Shown here in pieces: positions 27,592 through 36,614 of a stretch of DNA of 64,000 nt. A program made the position numbers and the translations under genes. Below the pieces are notes generated by a model. The model made no database searches, had not been told where the DNA came from, and saw nothing but the letters and a program-made list of their open reading frames with translations. Numbering within the stretch: position 1 is the first letter of the stretch; every line of letters begins with the position of its first letter. The stretch comes from an uncultured bacterium. GTDB lineage: Bacteria > Chloroflexota > Limnocylindria > QHBO01. The DNA is taken from contig CBFGTN010000004.1 of the NCBI GenBank assembly GCA_965652075.1, positions 6,775-70,774 on the forward strand, in the 5' to 3' direction.

Positions 27592-27767
27592 GGCGCGCCA
27601 TTCTAGCCGCGGGTACGCAACTTGCTCCCTCGCCGGAGGACCGCCACGGCGGCCAGCCAGCAAAGTACGAGGAGGCGCGTCCGATGCCGGACCGGCAGAG
27701 TGCCGACCAGGACGGAGCCGCACGATCTGGGACCCGCGACCGCAACGAGCCGCCCAGTGAGGGCGGC

Positions 27768-27992
27768 ATGAGCGTCCGCGACGCCGGCCGCAAGGGCGGC
27801 AAGACCACCCGCGCCCGGTACGGGACCGAGTTCTTCCAGGAGATCGGGGCGAAGGGCGGCCGAACGGTCAGCGAGCGCTACTCGAACGAGCACTTCCGAG
27901 AGATCGGCCGCAAGGGTGGGAAGCGCGTCGCGGAGCTCATCGCGCGGGCCAAGCAGCTCGACGAGGCGAGCGAGGTTCAGAACCCGGAGTAG
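27768..27992 (+). CDS. KGG-repeat general stress protein (YciG-like)
   Basis: Three repeats of the G(R/A)KGG(K/R)T motif (GRKGGKTT, GAKGGRTV, GRKGGKRV). Start trimmed to MSVRDAGRKGG. Confidence 0.6.
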   Translation: MSVRDAGRKGGKTTRARYGTEFFQEIGAKGGRTVSERYSNEHFREIGRKGGKRVAELIARAKQLDEASEVQNPE

Positions 27993-28582
27993 CGCTGCTC
28001 CTTCCAGGGATCCGCGTCGTTGTGATAGCCGTTGCGCTCCCAGAAGCCGGGCCGATCCTCATTCGTGAACTCCACCCCGCGCAGCCACTTCGCGCTCTTC
28101 CAGAAATAGGTTCCCGGCACGATCGCGCGCAGCGGGTAGCCGTGATCCGGCTCGAGCGGCTCCCCGTCATAGGACCAGGCCAGCAGGCACTCGGGCCGCA
28201 TCGCCGTCTCGATCGGGACGTTCGAGGTGTATCCGCCCTCGGAGTGGAAGATCACGAACCTCGCGTCGGCCGTTGGCTGGGCCACCTCGGCCACATGCGT
28301 GAAGGCGACGCCCTCCCATCGCGTGTCGAGCTTCGACCAGCGGGTCACGCAGTGGATGTCGAGCGTCTGCTCGTGGACCGGCAGGTTGCGGAACTCAGCC
28401 CAGCGCAGGGTGAGCGGCTCGGCCACCTCGCCCCAGACCCGGAAGTCCCAACCCGACAGGTCCGGGTACGACGGCGTTCGCCCGAAGTGGAGGACGGGGA
28501 ACTTGTCGGTCAGAACCTGGCCCGGGGGGACGCGGGAGGCGAGCTCGTCGGGGACGTTGCGCCGCTGCCATGGGAAGACCAT
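27977..28582 (-). CDS. Molybdopterin-dependent oxidoreductase catalytic-core protein (sulfite-oxidase/YedY-like Moco domain only)
   Basis: 201 aa (HCVTRWS...GYTSNVP...YPLRAIVPGTYFWKSAKWLRGVEF), a sulfite-oxidase-family Moco-binding fold without haem or dimerisation domains. The longer tracked ORF is trimmed to the internal ATG at 28582. Confidence 0.7.
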   Translation of the reverse strand: MVFPWQRRNVPDELASRVPPGQVLTDKFPVLHFGRTPSYPDLSGWDFRVWGEVAEPLTLRWAEFRNLPVHEQTLDIHCVTRWSKLDTRWEGVAFTHVAEVAQPTADARFVIFHSEGGYTSNVPIETAMRPECLLAWSYDGEPLEPDHGYPLRAIVPGTYFWKSAKWLRGVEFTNEDRPGFWERNGYHNDADPWKEQRYSGF

Positions 28583-28627
28583 GTGGAGATCGTACCCACC
28601 GGCGCCGGGGCTGCCTAGACTGAACCG

Positions 28628-30358
28628 ATGCCCCCGCGCTCGACCCCGTTCGCCGCGCTGGCCGAGACCGCTGCGGCGGTCGGCGCGACCCGCAGCAAGA
28701 ACGCGAAGCGCGACATCCTCGCGGCCTACCTCCGCGGCCTTCCGCCCGCTGACCTGCCGGCGGCGACGGTCTTCTTTGCCGGCCGGCCGCTGATCGACCC
28801 GACGGCCAAGCTCGGCCTCGGCTGGGTGCAGCAGGGTGCGGCGCTCGCCGCGGCCAGCGGGGCCGGGCAGGATGCGCTGCGGGCGGCGTACCTGCGCCAC
28901 TCGGACTTCGGCGACGCCGCCGCCGACCTGGTCGCGTCGGGCGACGGCGCGCCGCTGACCGTCGCCGACGTCGCGAACGGATTCAGCGCGATCGCGTCGG
29001 CGGGGTCCGCCGCGGACCGCGTGACGCGGATGACCGAGCTGTACCGGCGAGCCTCCACCGAGGAGGCGCGCTTCATCGGTCGCGTCGCCTCGCGCGAGAC
29101 CCGCATCGGTCTCCGGGAGGGCCTGCTCGAGGAGGCCGTCGCCACGGCCTTCGACGCCGAGCCCGATGCGGTGAGGCGAGCGCACATGCTGACCGGGGAG
29201 ATCGGCGAGACCGCCGTGCTGGCTCGCGATGGACGCCTCGCCGAGGCCGCGCTGCACGTCGGGCGGCCGATCCGCTTCATGCTCGCGTCACCGGTCGCGG
29301 ACGCCGCCGAGGTCATGCGCCGGGTCGGCGACGAGGCGTGGATCGAGGACAAGTACGACGGCATCCGCGCCCAGCTCCACCTCGAGGAGGGCGGTACGCC
29401 GAGGCTCTTCAGCCGCGACCTGAACGACGTCACCCGCTCGTTCCCGGAGATCGTCGATGCCGCCGGTGCCCTGGCGACCGATGCGCCGCTCGTGATCGAC
29501 GGCGAGCTCGTGCCGTGGCGCGAGGGCTCCGTCCTCGACTTCGCCTCGCTCCAGACCCGGCTCGGCCGGGTCCGGCCCTCGAAGGAGCTCCTGGCCGAGG
29601 TCCCGGTCGTGCTCGTCGCCTTCGACCTGCTGCATCATGCCGGGCGCGATCTGCTCGAGCGGCCGCTCCGCGAGCGACGCTCGGCCCTCGACGCGCTTGG
29701 GCTGCCGGAGCGGACCGGCGAGCGGGTCCTTCGCTCGCACCTTGCATCCGCGCGCTCGGCGGCCGAGGTCGACACCGCGTTCGACGATGCGCGCGATCGG
29801 CACAACGAGGGGCTGATGGTCAAGGATCCGGATTCGACCTATCAGCCCGGCCGTCGGGGGCTCGGCTGGCTGAAGCTGAAGAAGGCGCTCGCAACTCTCG
29901 ACTGCGTCGTCGTCGGCGTCGAGTGGGGCCACGGCAAGCGCCGCGGCGTGCTCAGCGACTACACGTTCGCCGTGCGCGAGGCCGATGAGCCGGAGTCGCG
30001 GCTGCTGACGATCGGCAAGGCCTACACCGGGCTGACCGATGCGGAGATCGCCCGCATGACCGACTACTTCCACACCGTGACGCTCCAGGACTTCGGCCGC
30101 TACCGGACCGTGGTGCCGGAGGTCGTCGTCGAGATCGCCTTCGACCGGATCATGCGGTCGAGCCGTCATCGATCCGGCTTCGCGATGCGCTTCCCGCGGA
30201 TCGTCCGCATCCGGGAGGACAAGACGCCGGCCGAGATCGACACGCTGGCGACCGTCGAGGCGCTCTTCGGCGAGCAGGCATCGGGCCGCATCCTGCTCGC
30301 GACCGGCGCGCGTGGCGAGACCGAGCGCATCGCGGCCATCGGATCCGGCGACGAGTGA
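28628..30358 (+). CDS. ATP-dependent DNA ligase (LigB-type: N-terminal DNA-binding domain + adenylation + OB)
   Basis: Motif I EDKYDGIRAQ (KxDG), motif III/IV region LMVKDPDSTY, motif V GVEWGHGKRRG and motif VI, on a 576-aa three-domain layout. Confidence 0.85.
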   Translation: MPPRSTPFAALAETAAAVGATRSKNAKRDILAAYLRGLPPADLPAATVFFAGRPLIDPTAKLGLGWVQQGAALAAASGAGQDALRAAYLRHSDFGDAAADLVASGDGAPLTVADVANGFSAIASAGSAADRVTRMTELYRRASTEEARFIGRVASRETRIGLREGLLEEAVATAFDAEPDAVRRAHMLTGEIGETAVLARDGRLAEAALHVGRPIRFMLASPVADAAEVMRRVGDEAWIEDKYDGIRAQLHLEEGGTPRLFSRDLNDVTRSFPEIVDAAGALATDAPLVIDGELVPWREGSVLDFASLQTRLGRVRPSKELLAEVPVVLVAFDLLHHAGRDLLERPLRERRSALDALGLPERTGERVLRSHLASARSAAEVDTAFDDARDRHNEGLMVKDPDSTYQPGRRGLGWLKLKKALATLDCVVVGVEWGHGKRRGVLSDYTFAVREADEPESRLLTIGKAYTGLTDAEIARMTDYFHTVTLQDFGRYRTVVPEVVVEIAFDRIMRSSRHRSGFAMRFPRIVRIREDKTPAEIDTLATVEALFGEQASGRILLATGARGETERIAAIGSGDE

Positions 30359-30373
30359 CGTAGGATCGGGTCG

Positions 30374-30982
30374 ATGGCGGGGTTCGAGTCGGGGTCGTAC
30401 GGGGGTGGGGGAATCGGCGAGGCGGCGTCGGTTGAGGTCGACGTGTACACGTCGGCCTACCGGGTGACCGGGACGATCACGACGCGATTCGGTCGAGTCA
30501 CGGAGATTCTCAACCAGCTCGCCGGCGGCCACCTCGACATCGCGCGCGCGACGGTCAGCGAGCATGCCGACCCGTCCGCCACGCTTGGCGCGCCGTCCAC
30601 CCTCGTGGCGGTCGACGAGATCCTGATCATGGTGGCGCCCTCCCTTCCGGGCGGCGGTGGCGAGATGCGAATCCAGAAGCGCCCGGTCCGCGCGCAGCTG
30701 GCGGTCCCTCCGTTCCGCGTCGCCGGCACGATCCACGTCCCGATGGGCAGCCGGCCGATCGAGGGCCTGCTGCACGGCATCGAGGCATTCCAGGCGGTGA
30801 CGGATGCCACGATCGCGTCCGGGAGCTATCCCCAGCTCGAGCGGACCGCGCCGGTGCTTGCCCTGCGGCGGGATCGTGCCCACGTGCTGTTCGTCGCCGA
30901 CGACGAGAACCCGGACCAGCTCCTGGCCGAGGTCCTCGACGAGCGGACCGCCGAGGCCTGGCTCCACCCCGAGGAGCAGTGA
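30374..30982 (+). CDS. Hypothetical protein with an internal duplication, translationally coupled to the ligase
   Basis: Starts 16 nt after the ligase stop. Contains two related half-domains (YRVTGTITTRFGRVTEILNQLAGG and FRVAGTIHVPMGSRPIEGLLHG). Confidence 0.5.
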   Translation: MAGFESGSYGGGGIGEAASVEVDVYTSAYRVTGTITTRFGRVTEILNQLAGGHLDIARATVSEHADPSATLGAPSTLVAVDEILIMVAPSLPGGGGEMRIQKRPVRAQLAVPPFRVAGTIHVPMGSRPIEGLLHGIEAFQAVTDATIASGSYPQLERTAPVLALRRDRAHVLFVADDENPDQLLAEVLDERTAEAWLHPEEQ

Positions 30983-30989
30983 CGGCCGG

Positions 30990-31745
30990 CTAGCGTCCCC
31001 GGTCGACGGCCGGCGCCGCCGCGAGGTGGCGCGCGGGCTCGGCGGCGTCGAGGATGGCCTCGATCAGTCGCGCGCCGTCGGCGGGGTCCATGCGGCGGAC
31101 CCGCCCGATGGAGTTCGCCCACCACGGCGCGTTGTCGGAGGTCACGATCTCGTCCTCGGGCTCCTCGAGGACGATCTGCGAGTGCGGCCGCGGGAAGACG
31201 ACCACCGGCCGCATCGGCATGGCGGGAAGGCCGAGCTCATGCGCCCAGCGCGTCACGCTCTCGTTGAGCTTCTGAGCGTCCCAGCTCGGATTCGTGCGGC
31301 ACCTGATCCAGCCCCTCCGGCCGCGGGCGTCGAACTCCCAGGAGCGGCCGCGCACGCGGTAGTGGCCGACCCAGTCGCGCACGGTCAGGATGCGCACGCC
31401 GGCGGGCCCGACGAGGATCCCGTCGAGACGCGCCGCGTCGGGAATGGCCAGCTGGGGCGCGACGACGAGGGCGTAGCTGTCGTCGAACGTGCCGGCGAGC
31501 AGCGCGGCCATTGCGCCCGGCAGGTCACGGGATCGGTTCGGCCGCAGGAGACGGATGAGCCATGCCGCCCCGATCCCCAGGGCGAGGGCAGCCGTGGTCG
31601 CCCCCACCGCAGCGATCGTCGTGTTCGTCGGCCGGCTGAGCGTCAGCTCGACCGCGACGAGGCCGGCCGCGAGCATCGACCCGGCGAGGAGGATGGGACG
31701 CCGGCGCGCGGTGGCGGTCAGGGCCGTTGGCCGGATCACGCGCAT
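30990..31745 (-). CDS. Membrane-anchored hypothetical protein, possibly a NERD (nuclease-related) domain
   Basis: Two N-terminal TM helices, then a soluble region LDGILVGPAGVRILTVRDW that resembles the NERD PD-(D/E)xK-like core. This is weak, by-eye evidence only. Confidence 0.4.
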   Translation of the reverse strand: MRVIRPTALTATARRRPILLAGSMLAAGLVAVELTLSRPTNTTIAAVGATTAALALGIGAAWLIRLLRPNRSRDLPGAMAALLAGTFDDSYALVVAPQLAIPDAARLDGILVGPAGVRILTVRDWVGHYRVRGRSWEFDARGRRGWIRCRTNPSWDAQKLNESVTRWAHELGLPAMPMRPVVVFPRPHSQIVLEEPEDEIVTSDNAPWWANSIGRVRRMDPADGARLIEAILDAAEPARHLAAAPAVDRGR

Positions 31746-31777
31746 CGCGCGAGGCCTCCGTCGGCTAGGCTCGGGAC

Positions 31778-32248
31778 ATGTCCAACCACATTTCCGCCAG
31801 CGTCGACCCCATCACGTGTCGGGTCGATGCCCGGACGGACACCGGCCATGCCATCCCGATGGAGCTCGACGAGCCCGACGGCCCGAACCCTGTCGAGGCG
31901 CTGCTCGCGTCGCTCGCCGGATGCACGGGGATGGACGTCGCCAGCATCCTGCGCAAGAAGCGCCAGGACGCCGCCACGTACGAGATCGTCGTCGACGGCG
32001 ATCGCGCCGATGAGCATCCGCGCGTGTTCACCGCGCTGCGCGTCGAGCATCGGGTGAGCGGCAGGGTGGAGCCGGAGGCGCTCAGGCGCTCGATCGAGCT
32101 GTCGGCGACGAAGTACTGCCCGGTGAGCGCGATGCTCTCGGCCGTGGCGCGCGTCGAGCATCGCTACCACCTGGTCGACGAGGATGGCCACGAGCACGAG
32201 TCCGTCGTTGCGGTGCTCGGTCCCGGCGAGCGGCGTCCCCCGGCCTAG
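31778..32248 (+). CDS. OsmC/Ohr-family peroxiredoxin-like protein
   Basis: OsmC-fold motifs (PNPVEALLASLAGCTGMDV...LSATKYCPVSAML) with the conserved Cys pair. Confidence 0.8.
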   Translation: MSNHISASVDPITCRVDARTDTGHAIPMELDEPDGPNPVEALLASLAGCTGMDVASILRKKRQDAATYEIVVDGDRADEHPRVFTALRVEHRVSGRVEPEALRRSIELSATKYCPVSAMLSAVARVEHRYHLVDEDGHEHESVVAVLGPGERRPPA

Positions 32249-32259
32249 GGCCGCCGCGG

Positions 32260-32652
32260 TCACGACGCGGTACGAAGCTCGCGCGCCCCTTCGAGTGCCT
32301 CCTCGACGGCGGCGCGGAACGCATCGAGGTCGAAGGGCTTGGCGACGACCGGGCCGATGGGGGCGAGCTCCGCGAGCCGCTCGCGATTGGCCGCCGAGAC
32401 GAAGATGGCGGGGATCCCGGGCCAGGCCGAGCGCAGGAGCTCGGTGATGTCGCCGCCATCGCCATCGGGGAGCATGACGTCGACGACCATCAGGTGCGGC
32501 AGCGCGACGTCCATCAGGTCGCCGAGCTCGACGATGCGCGTGCAGGTCACGACGCTGAAGCCCATCTCGCGAAGGAGATCGGCCTCCAGGGCCGCGATGT
32601 CGGGATCGTCCTCGAGGACGTAGGCACGGGGGGCAGCCGACTCGTCATTCAT
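32260..32652 (-). CDS. Stand-alone response-regulator receiver domain (CheY-like)
   Basis: YVLEDDPDIAAL...LMVVDVMLPDGDG...VSAANRERL...AKPFDL. Start trimmed to MNDESAAPRAYVLEDD. Confidence 0.75.
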   Translation of the reverse strand: MNDESAAPRAYVLEDDPDIAALEADLLREMGFSVVTCTRIVELGDLMDVALPHLMVVDVMLPDGDGGDITELLRSAWPGIPAIFVSAANRERLAELAPIGPVVAKPFDLDAFRAAVEEALEGARELRTAS

Positions 32653-32783
32653 CGACGCCAAGTGTCGCCTCGGTGCCGATCGTGGTCTATGGCCCATCCG
32701 CGTAGTACCGATGGTCACGGGTGGGGGACCCTTGGAGCGCCGGTGTACCCTTCGGAGCCTCAGTACGGGAGCACGGCACGCAC

Positions 32784-33689
32784 ATGGCGCGATCGATGTG
32801 GCGGGGAGCAATCCAGTTCGGCCTGGTCACGATCCCGGTCAAGCTCTACCTGGCGACCGAGCAGGGCGGGATCGGCTTCAACCTCCTCCACCGCACCTGC
32901 CTGAACCGCATCCAGATGAAGGTGTACTGCCCGCATCACGACGAGGTCATCCCGCGCTCGGAGACGGTGCGTGGATACGAGTACAGCAAGGGCAAGTACG
33001 TCGTCGTCGAGGACGAGGACATCGACTCCGTGCCGCTCAAGACGGTCCGCGCGATCGAGATCGAGCTCTTCATCAACGCCTCGCGCGACGCGGAGGGCGT
33101 GCAGTTCGTGAAGCAGGCCTACTACCTGGAGCCTGAGCAGATCGGCGCGAAGGCGTTCTACCTGCTGAAGTCGGTCCTGGCCGAGCAGAACAAGAGCGCC
33201 ATCTGCAAGATCGTCCTCAAGGACCGCGAGCAGCTCGCATCGCTCAACCCCTTCGCGAAGACGATGCTCCTCACCACGCTGCACTGGCCCGATGAGGTCC
33301 GCGCCGTCGACGAGCTGAACCTTCCCGAGGACGAGATCGAGATCAAGGCGTCCGAGAAGAAGATGGCCGAGCAGCTCGTGGCCAGCATGACCGGCGACTT
33401 CGACGCCAGCGAGTACGCCGACGACTATCGCGAGGCGCTGATGGCGGTCATCGAGAAGAAGGTCGCCGGCGAGAAGCCGGAGCCTGCCGCGCGCGCCGAG
33501 CCGACGAACATCACCGACCTCATGGCCGCGCTCGAGGCCTCGGTCGCGGCAGCGCGCCAGGACCGCAAGGCGGAGCCTGCCGAACCGACGAAGGCCAGGG
33601 CGAAGCCGGCGCGGGCGAAGTCGACCAGGACCAAGAAGGCCACCGAAGAGGCGGAGGCTCCGCGGCAGCGGCGCCGCAAGACCGCCTGA
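32784..33689 (+). CDS. ku: Ku protein (non-homologous end joining) with a basic C-terminal tail
   Basis: MARSMWRGAIQFGLVTIPVKLYLATE... and YEYSKGKYVVVEDEDI are a typical bacterial Ku core. It ends in a Lys/Arg/Ala-rich tail. Start trimmed to the ATG at 32784. Confidence 0.9.
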   Translation: MARSMWRGAIQFGLVTIPVKLYLATEQGGIGFNLLHRTCLNRIQMKVYCPHHDEVIPRSETVRGYEYSKGKYVVVEDEDIDSVPLKTVRAIEIELFINASRDAEGVQFVKQAYYLEPEQIGAKAFYLLKSVLAEQNKSAICKIVLKDREQLASLNPFAKTMLLTTLHWPDEVRAVDELNLPEDEIEIKASEKKMAEQLVASMTGDFDASEYADDYREALMAVIEKKVAGEKPEPAARAEPTNITDLMAALEASVAAARQDRKAEPAEPTKARAKPARAKSTRTKKATEEAEAPRQRRRKTA

Positions 33690-33699
33690 TCCGCGGGTC

Positions 33700-34395
33700 G
33701 TGCCCGGCGAGCAGCTCGACCTTCCGATCCCGACCGAGCCCGGCCTGGCGCTCCCGGCGCGGCTCGTGCCGATGCAGCCGTCGGCGGGCGTCGGCCCGTT
33801 CGACGACCCTGCCTACCTCTTCGAGCCGTGGTGGCCCGGCGTTCGCGCTCTCGCCTGGATCGAGGGCGGACGGCTGGCTCGCCTGCAGGTGGAGGGCATG
33901 GCCGATGCGCTGTCGGCGTTCACCGAGCTGGGCGACGAGCTTCCGGGCCAGCTGGCCGTGGACGGCGTCGTGCTCGACGGCTGGCTGCTCGCGCTCGACG
34001 AGGGCGGCTGGCTCGACACCGACCTGCTGCGTCGGCGCCTCGCGGGCGAACGTTGGGCCGGACGCCCGGGGTTCGTCGCCTCCGACCTGCTCTGGAGCGA
34101 CGGGGCACCGTGGCACGCTCGGCGCTTCGCGACCCGCCGCGAGCACCTGGCGAGCATCCTCCGCGATGGCGACCGCTGCGTCGTGTCGCACGCGCTCGCC
34201 GGCGAGGGGACGCTCCTCGCCGAAGCGTTGGCGCGATTCGGCCTGACCGGCATCTCGGCCCGTCGGCTCGACGCGCGCTATCGCTTCGGCGCTGCCGGCG
34301 AGGGCTGGCTGCGCGTCCCGATCGCGCCGGCCGAGACGACCGAGCGTCCTCGCCTGGCCCTCATCCAGCGTTTGCCGCTCGACGAGCGCGACTAG
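33700..34395 (+). CDS. Degenerate LigD-like ligase adenylation-domain protein, predicted catalytically dead
   Basis: The first ~50 residues (FDDPAYLFEPWWPGVRALAWIEGGRLARL...FTELG) run collinear with the LigD ligase motif I region. The KxDG motif reads WWPG, losing the Lys nucleophile and the Asp. The motif IV/V lysine region reads TGISARRLDARYRFG. The protein ends after motif V with no OB domain. It starts 11 nt after Ku. Confidence 0.6.
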   Translation: MPGEQLDLPIPTEPGLALPARLVPMQPSAGVGPFDDPAYLFEPWWPGVRALAWIEGGRLARLQVEGMADALSAFTELGDELPGQLAVDGVVLDGWLLALDEGGWLDTDLLRRRLAGERWAGRPGFVASDLLWSDGAPWHARRFATRREHLASILRDGDRCVVSHALAGEGTLLAEALARFGLTGISARRLDARYRFGAAGEGWLRVPIAPAETTERPRLALIQRLPLDERD

Positions 34396-36590
34396 GGCAG
34401 GGTCCGCTGCAGGATCCACGGGTACGGCGGATCCGTGCCGAGCCGCTGCGCGTCCGCCACGAGGCCATCGGCCGGGTAGGCCCGGAACGAGGCGATGTCG
34501 AAGATCTGGCCGGGCACGCGCACCGGTGCGCTTCGGTTCGGGAACGGGCTGCCGCGCACGACCGACGCGATCGCGATCTCGTCGTCGACCGGCAGGCCCC
34601 AATGGTCGCGGACGACGACCACGACGTCCCAGGTGACGTTGCTGTCCGGCGCTACGTCGATTGCGCGCTCCATCCACTCCTCCGCCTCGGCGCGCTCGTC
34701 GCGCATCGCGTGGGCCAGCGCCCGCGTCGCCGGGTCGGAGATCGAGGCGACGTCGATCGGCTCGTCCATCGCCCACCAGGCCAGCAGCCGATTGAACTCG
34801 AGGATCGCGTCCTCGTCGTCCGTCGCCGCGCCGATCGGCACGGTGCGCGGCCAGTCGTGCGCGAACGCCGTCAGGCTCTGGCTCAGGAGCGAGCGACGGT
34901 AGGCGTCATCGGCCTCGGGCGCCATCCGGAGCGACTCGTAGCTGATGGCCGCATTGAGCAGCTCGGCCTCGAGGAAGCCGGCCCTCGCGACCGCGCGTTC
35001 GGTCGCGTTGGCCTGGCAGCCGGAGTCGGCGGCCTCCGCGCAGGTGAGCGCCAGGTTCACCCACGACGGCGCGTCGCCGGGGTTGAGCTGAACGGCCGCC
35101 TCCGCCGCCTCGCGCGCCTCGCCAGTGCGCCCGGCCCAGTCGGCCGAGACCGCCAGCGACTTCGGACCGGTGGGCTGCCACGGATCGATCTCGACCGACC
35201 GGCGCAGCAGGTCCGTGGCACCGTCCCAGTCCCCGTGCGCGGCCGCGTCGGTGCCCATCCGGTACGAGATCGCGCCGGCGTCGGCGACGACCATCCCGCC
35301 GACAAGGACCAACGCCACCGCCCCGGCCGGCAGCAGGACCCGGCGCCGCTGGATCGGCCGCCACTCGACGACGCCGGCGTCGGTCAGGGCGACCGCCAGG
35401 AGGACGATCGCGAGCAGGTTGTAGGCGGGAACGAAGGTCAGGTCCTCGAACAGCCCGCCGACCGCGAGGCCGAGCAGCAGGAAGCTCGCCGCCCGCCCGG
35501 TCCCCGTTCGCGATCGCCACGGGCCGGCGTACCAGGCGATGGCGACGACGAGAACGACCGCCGCCGCCAGCCCGACGAGCCCCGCGTCGCCGAGGACGCC
35601 GAGCGGGAGGTTGTGCGAGTGCGGCTGCCCCACCGGGAAGCTGAAGTCCGGCGCCGCCGCCTGTCGCGCGTATGGCATGAAGCCGGGTCCGATGCCCAGC
35701 AGCGGATCGGTGCTCCAGGCGGCCAACGTGTCGGCCCACAGCCCTGCGCGATAGATGAGGGAGGTGACCGCGGTCAGTCGTGGGGCGATGAGCGCGATCG
35801 CGGCGACGATGCCCGCGACGGCGACGAGCGCGAGCGCGATCGTCCGCGCGGTCGGTCCACCTGACGGGCGCAGGCGGTGGCGGTTGCGCCACAGCCACGG
35901 GATCGCGGCCGCCACGATCGTGACGCCCATCGCCAGCCACGCGGAGCGCGACCCTGACAGGATCGTCAGCGGCACCCCGACGATGACGAGCCCGCCGCGC
36001 ACGATCCCGCGCCAGCGTGGCGACTCGATAAGGCCCGCGAGGGCCCACGCCGGCCAGATGACGAAGGGCGGCACCGCGACCGACCCGAAGGGCGTGCCCT
36101 CTCCCGGCAGCCGGATCGGTGGCAGGCCCGGCGCGCCGACCAGCACCCACTCGACGCGACGCGCGACGAGGGCGACGAGCGTGGGCACGGACAGCACCAG
36201 CACCGGGACCGACGTCAGCACGCCGACCCAGCTCGGCCGATGGCGGATGCAGATGAGCGCCACGGGAAGCATCGCCGCATAGGCGGCGATCGAGGCCATG
36301 GCCCGCAGGCTCATGCCGATGTTCATCGCCGATACCGTCGCCAGCCCGAACGCGACGAGCAGCGCGACCAGCGGCAGGTCGATCGGCGTGTGCGGCACCG
36401 CGCCGCCGCGCACGGCGACGAGCCCGAGCCCAGCGATCGCACCGATCGCGATCAGGTGGAGCAGCAGCTGGAAGCGCGCGTCCCAGAGCGCGCCATCCCA
36501 GCCGACGTACGCGAAGACGGCCAGCCCGGCCGATAGGCCGAGCCACTCGATCAGGGTGCGCCGGCCCGCCCACCCCGCGGCCGCGGTCAT
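34392..36590 (-). CDS. O-antigen ligase (Wzy_C)-like polytopic membrane protein with a C-terminal TPR-like soluble domain
   Basis: About 12 TM helices over 450 aa, then a helical repeat region (AAHGDWDGATDLLRRSVEIDPW..., AEAAVQLNPGDAPSWVNLALTC...). Convergent 4-nt overlap with the degenerate ligase gene. Confidence 0.65.
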   Translation of the reverse strand: MTAAAGWAGRRTLIEWLGLSAGLAVFAYVGWDGALWDARFQLLLHLIAIGAIAGLGLVAVRGGAVPHTPIDLPLVALLVAFGLATVSAMNIGMSLRAMASIAAYAAMLPVALICIRHRPSWVGVLTSVPVLVLSVPTLVALVARRVEWVLVGAPGLPPIRLPGEGTPFGSVAVPPFVIWPAWALAGLIESPRWRGIVRGGLVIVGVPLTILSGSRSAWLAMGVTIVAAAIPWLWRNRHRLRPSGGPTARTIALALVAVAGIVAAIALIAPRLTAVTSLIYRAGLWADTLAAWSTDPLLGIGPGFMPYARQAAAPDFSFPVGQPHSHNLPLGVLGDAGLVGLAAAVVLVVAIAWYAGPWRSRTGTGRAASFLLLGLAVGGLFEDLTFVPAYNLLAIVLLAVALTDAGVVEWRPIQRRRVLLPAGAVALVLVGGMVVADAGAISYRMGTDAAAHGDWDGATDLLRRSVEIDPWQPTGPKSLAVSADWAGRTGEAREAAEAAVQLNPGDAPSWVNLALTCAEAADSGCQANATERAVARAGFLEAELLNAAISYESLRMAPEADDAYRRSLLSQSLTAFAHDWPRTVPIGAATDDEDAILEFNRLLAWWAMDEPIDVASISDPATRALAHAMRDERAEAEEWMERAIDVAPDSNVTWDVVVVVRDHWGLPVDDEIAIASVVRGSPFPNRSAPVRVPGQIFDIASFRAYPADGLVADAQRLGTDPPYPWILQRTLP

Positions 36591-36614
36591 CGTGCGCTGA
36601 ACGCGGCGCCGACC

